64,000 bases of DNA from Nemertoderma westbladi (lineage: Eukaryota > Animalia > Xenacoelomorpha): NCBI GenBank assembly GCA_032718475.1, contig JAUCBJ010002735.1:24584-88583 (forward strand), in the 5' to 3' direction. The translations under genes were made by a program, and so were the position numbers. Below the pieces are notes generated by a model. That model ran no database searches. It was not told where the DNA came from and was given only the letters and a program-made list of their open reading frames with translations. Within the stretch, counting starts at the first letter, position 1, and every line of letters starts with the position of its first letter. Positions 61,801 through 64,000 of the stretch are shown here, piece after piece.

Positions 61801-64000
61801 ACGGGTACCGGTTCGGTATGTAGCGTTGTGAGTAATACGGGTACCGGTTCGGTATGTAGCGTTGTGAGTAATACGGGTACCGGTTCGGTATGTAGCGTTG
61901 TGAGTAATACGGGTACCGGTTCGGTATGTAGCGTTGTGAGTAATACGGGTACCGGTTCGGTATGTAGCGTTGTGAGTAATACGGGTACCGGTTCGGTATG
62001 TAGCGTTGTGAGTAATACGGGTACCGGTTCGGTATGTAGCGTTGTGAGTAATACGGGTACCGGTTCGGTATGTAGCGTTGTGAGTAATACGGGTACCGGT
62101 TCGGTATGTAGCGTTGTGAGTAATACGGGTACCGGTTCGGTATGTAGCGTTGTGAGTAATACGGGTACCGGTTCGGTATGTAGCGTTGTGAGTAATACGG
62201 GTACCGGTTCGGTATGTAGCGTTGTGAGTAATACGGGTACCGGTTCGGTATGTAGCGTTGTGAGTAATACGGGTACCGGTTCGGTATGTAGCGTTGTGAG
62301 TAATACGGGTACCGGTTCGGTATGTAGCGTTGTGAGTAATACGGGTACCGGTTCGGTATGTAGCGTTGTGAGTAATACGGGTACCGGTTCGGTATGTAGC
62401 GTTGTGAGTAATACGGGTACCGGTTCGGTATGTAGCGTTGTGAGTAATACGGGTACCGGTTCGGTATGTAGCGTTGTGAGTAATACGGGTACCGGTTCGG
62501 TATGTAGCGTTGTGAGTAATACGGGTACCGGTTCGGTATGTAGCGTTGTGAGTAATACGGGTACCGGTTCGGTATGTAGCGTTGTGAGTAATACGGGTAC
62601 CGGTTCGGTATGTAGCGTTGTGAGTAATACGGGTACCGGTTCGGTATGTAGCGTTGTGAGTAATACGGGTACCGGTTCGGTATGTAGCGTTGTGAGTAAT
62701 ACGGGTACCGGTTCGGTATGTAGCGTTGTGAGTAATACGGGTACCGGTTCGGTATGTAGCGTTGTGAGTAATACGGGTACCGGTTCGGTATGTAGCGTTG
62801 TGAGTAATACGGGTACCGGTTCGGTATGTAGCGTTGTGAGTAATACGGGTACCGGTCCTCATAACGAGTCAGCGTTGTGAGTAATACGGGTACCGGTTCG
62901 GTATGTAGCGTTGTGAGTAATACGGGTACCGGTTCGGTATGTAGCGTTGTGAGTAATACGGGTACCGGTTCGGTATGTAGCGTTGTGAGTAATACGGGTA
63001 CCGGTTCGGTATGTAGCGTTGTGAGTAATACGGGTACCGGTTCGGTATGTAGCGTTGTGAGTAATACGGGTACCGGTTCGTACGCAGCGTTGTGAGTAAT
63101 ACGGGTACCGGTTCGGTATGTAGCGTTGTGAGTAATACGGGTACCGGTTCGGTATGTAGCGTTGTGAGTAATACGGGTACCGGTTCGGTATGTAGCGTTG
63201 TGAGTAATACGGGTACCGGTTCGGTATGTAGCGTTGTGAGTAATACGGGTACCGGTTCGGTATGTAGCGTTGTGAGTAATACGGGTACCGGTTCGGTATG
63301 TAGCGTTGTGAGTAATACGGGTACCGGTTCGGTATGTAGCGTTGTGAGTAATACGGGTACCGGTTCGGTATGTAGCGTTGTGAGTAATACGGGTACCGGT
63401 TCGGTATGTAGCGTTGTGAGTAATACGGGTACCGGTTCGGTATGTAGCGTTGTGAGTAATACGGGTACCGGTTCGGTATGTAGCGTTGTGAGTAATACGG
63501 GTACCGGTTCGGTATGTAGCGTTGTGAGTAATACGGGTACCGGTTCGGTATGTAGCGTTGTGAGTAATACGGGTACCGGTTCGGTATGTAGCGTTGTGAG
63601 TAATACGGGTACCGGTTCGGTATGTAGCGTTGTGAGTAATACGGGTACCGGTTCGGTATGTAGCGTTGTGAGTAATACGGGTACCGGTTCGGTATGTAGC
63701 GTTGTGAGTAATACGGGTACCGGTTCGGTATGTAGCGTTGTGAGTAATACGGGTACCGGTTCGGTATGTAGCGTTGTGAGTAATACGGGTACCGGTTCGG
63801 TATGTAGCGTTGTGAGTAATACGGGTACCGGTTCGGTATGTAGCGTTGTGAGTAATACGGGTACCGGTCCTCATAACGAGACAGCGTTGTGAGTAATACG
63901 GGTACCGGTTCGGTATGTAGCGTTGTGAGTAATACGGGTACCGGTCCTCGGTATCGTGACAGCGTTGTGAGTAATACGGGTACCGGTTCGGTATGTAGCG
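55877..64000. repeat. 36-bp satellite/minisatellite (GCGTTGTGAGTAATACGGGTACCGGTTCGGTATGTA)n, ~225 units, continuing beyond the window
   Basis: Direct tandem copies with no spacers, essentially invariant from ~56170 to ~62850. Variant units occur near 55900-56165, 62857, 63080, 63868 and 63946. Confidence 0.98.

Noticed and set aside
55864-63892. 2,300-2,600-aa ORFs on both strands of the satellite (RTGTRITHNATY, YSQRYIPNRYPY, SNTGTGSVCSVV repeats)
   Set aside because: An automatic consequence of a 36-nt unit lacking stops in several frames; starts arise from variant units and there is no synonymous variation.
55877-64000. 36-bp repeats near reverse transcriptases as a CRISPR array, retron or DGR-like system
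   Set aside because: The units are contiguous with no spacers, there are no cas genes, the RTs are APE-type eukaryotic LINEs, and the surroundings have spliceosomal introns.
48140-64000. Retrotransposon-based telomere (head-to-tail LINEs plus terminal satellite)
   Set aside because: Only two LINEs, embedded in a gene and separated from the satellite by a ZNF gene; no evidence of a chromosome end in the window.

Overview
Eukaryotic, probably invertebrate animal, AT-rich genomic DNA; nothing prokaryotic and no CRISPR array. About 48 kb is the 3' part of one giant + strand gene. The frame is open from base 3, shifts +1 near 2025-2050, runs uninterrupted to a splice donor at 27497, and splices in frame across a 2.1-kb intron (containing a tRNA-derived SINE and an RTE fragment) to a 14.9-kb exon. 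That exon ends in two titin/MLCK-type I-set Ig domains flanking a Ser-Pro-rich linker; the total is about 14,100 codons inside the window. The bulk of the protein is a repeat I do not recognise: acidic, Trp/Cys/Tyr/His-rich, extremely diverged in sequence yet strict in length (~47 aa, 94/95 aa and 189 aa levels). Eleven consecutive anchor Trp codons sit exactly 567 nt apart. A further phase-0 exon (44789-48139) with KPRYP/TSYE repeats is interrupted at its end by a head-to-tail pair of LINEs with intact ORFs (RTE-clade, then RTE-X-like). The pair appears to be one insertion sitting in a host splice junction, with GAG duplicated. A 10-finger C2H2 zinc-finger ORF follows, and its own stop-codon region is amplified into a >8-kb, 36-bp satellite running off the window end. 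All calls are by eye; family assignments were not database-checked.
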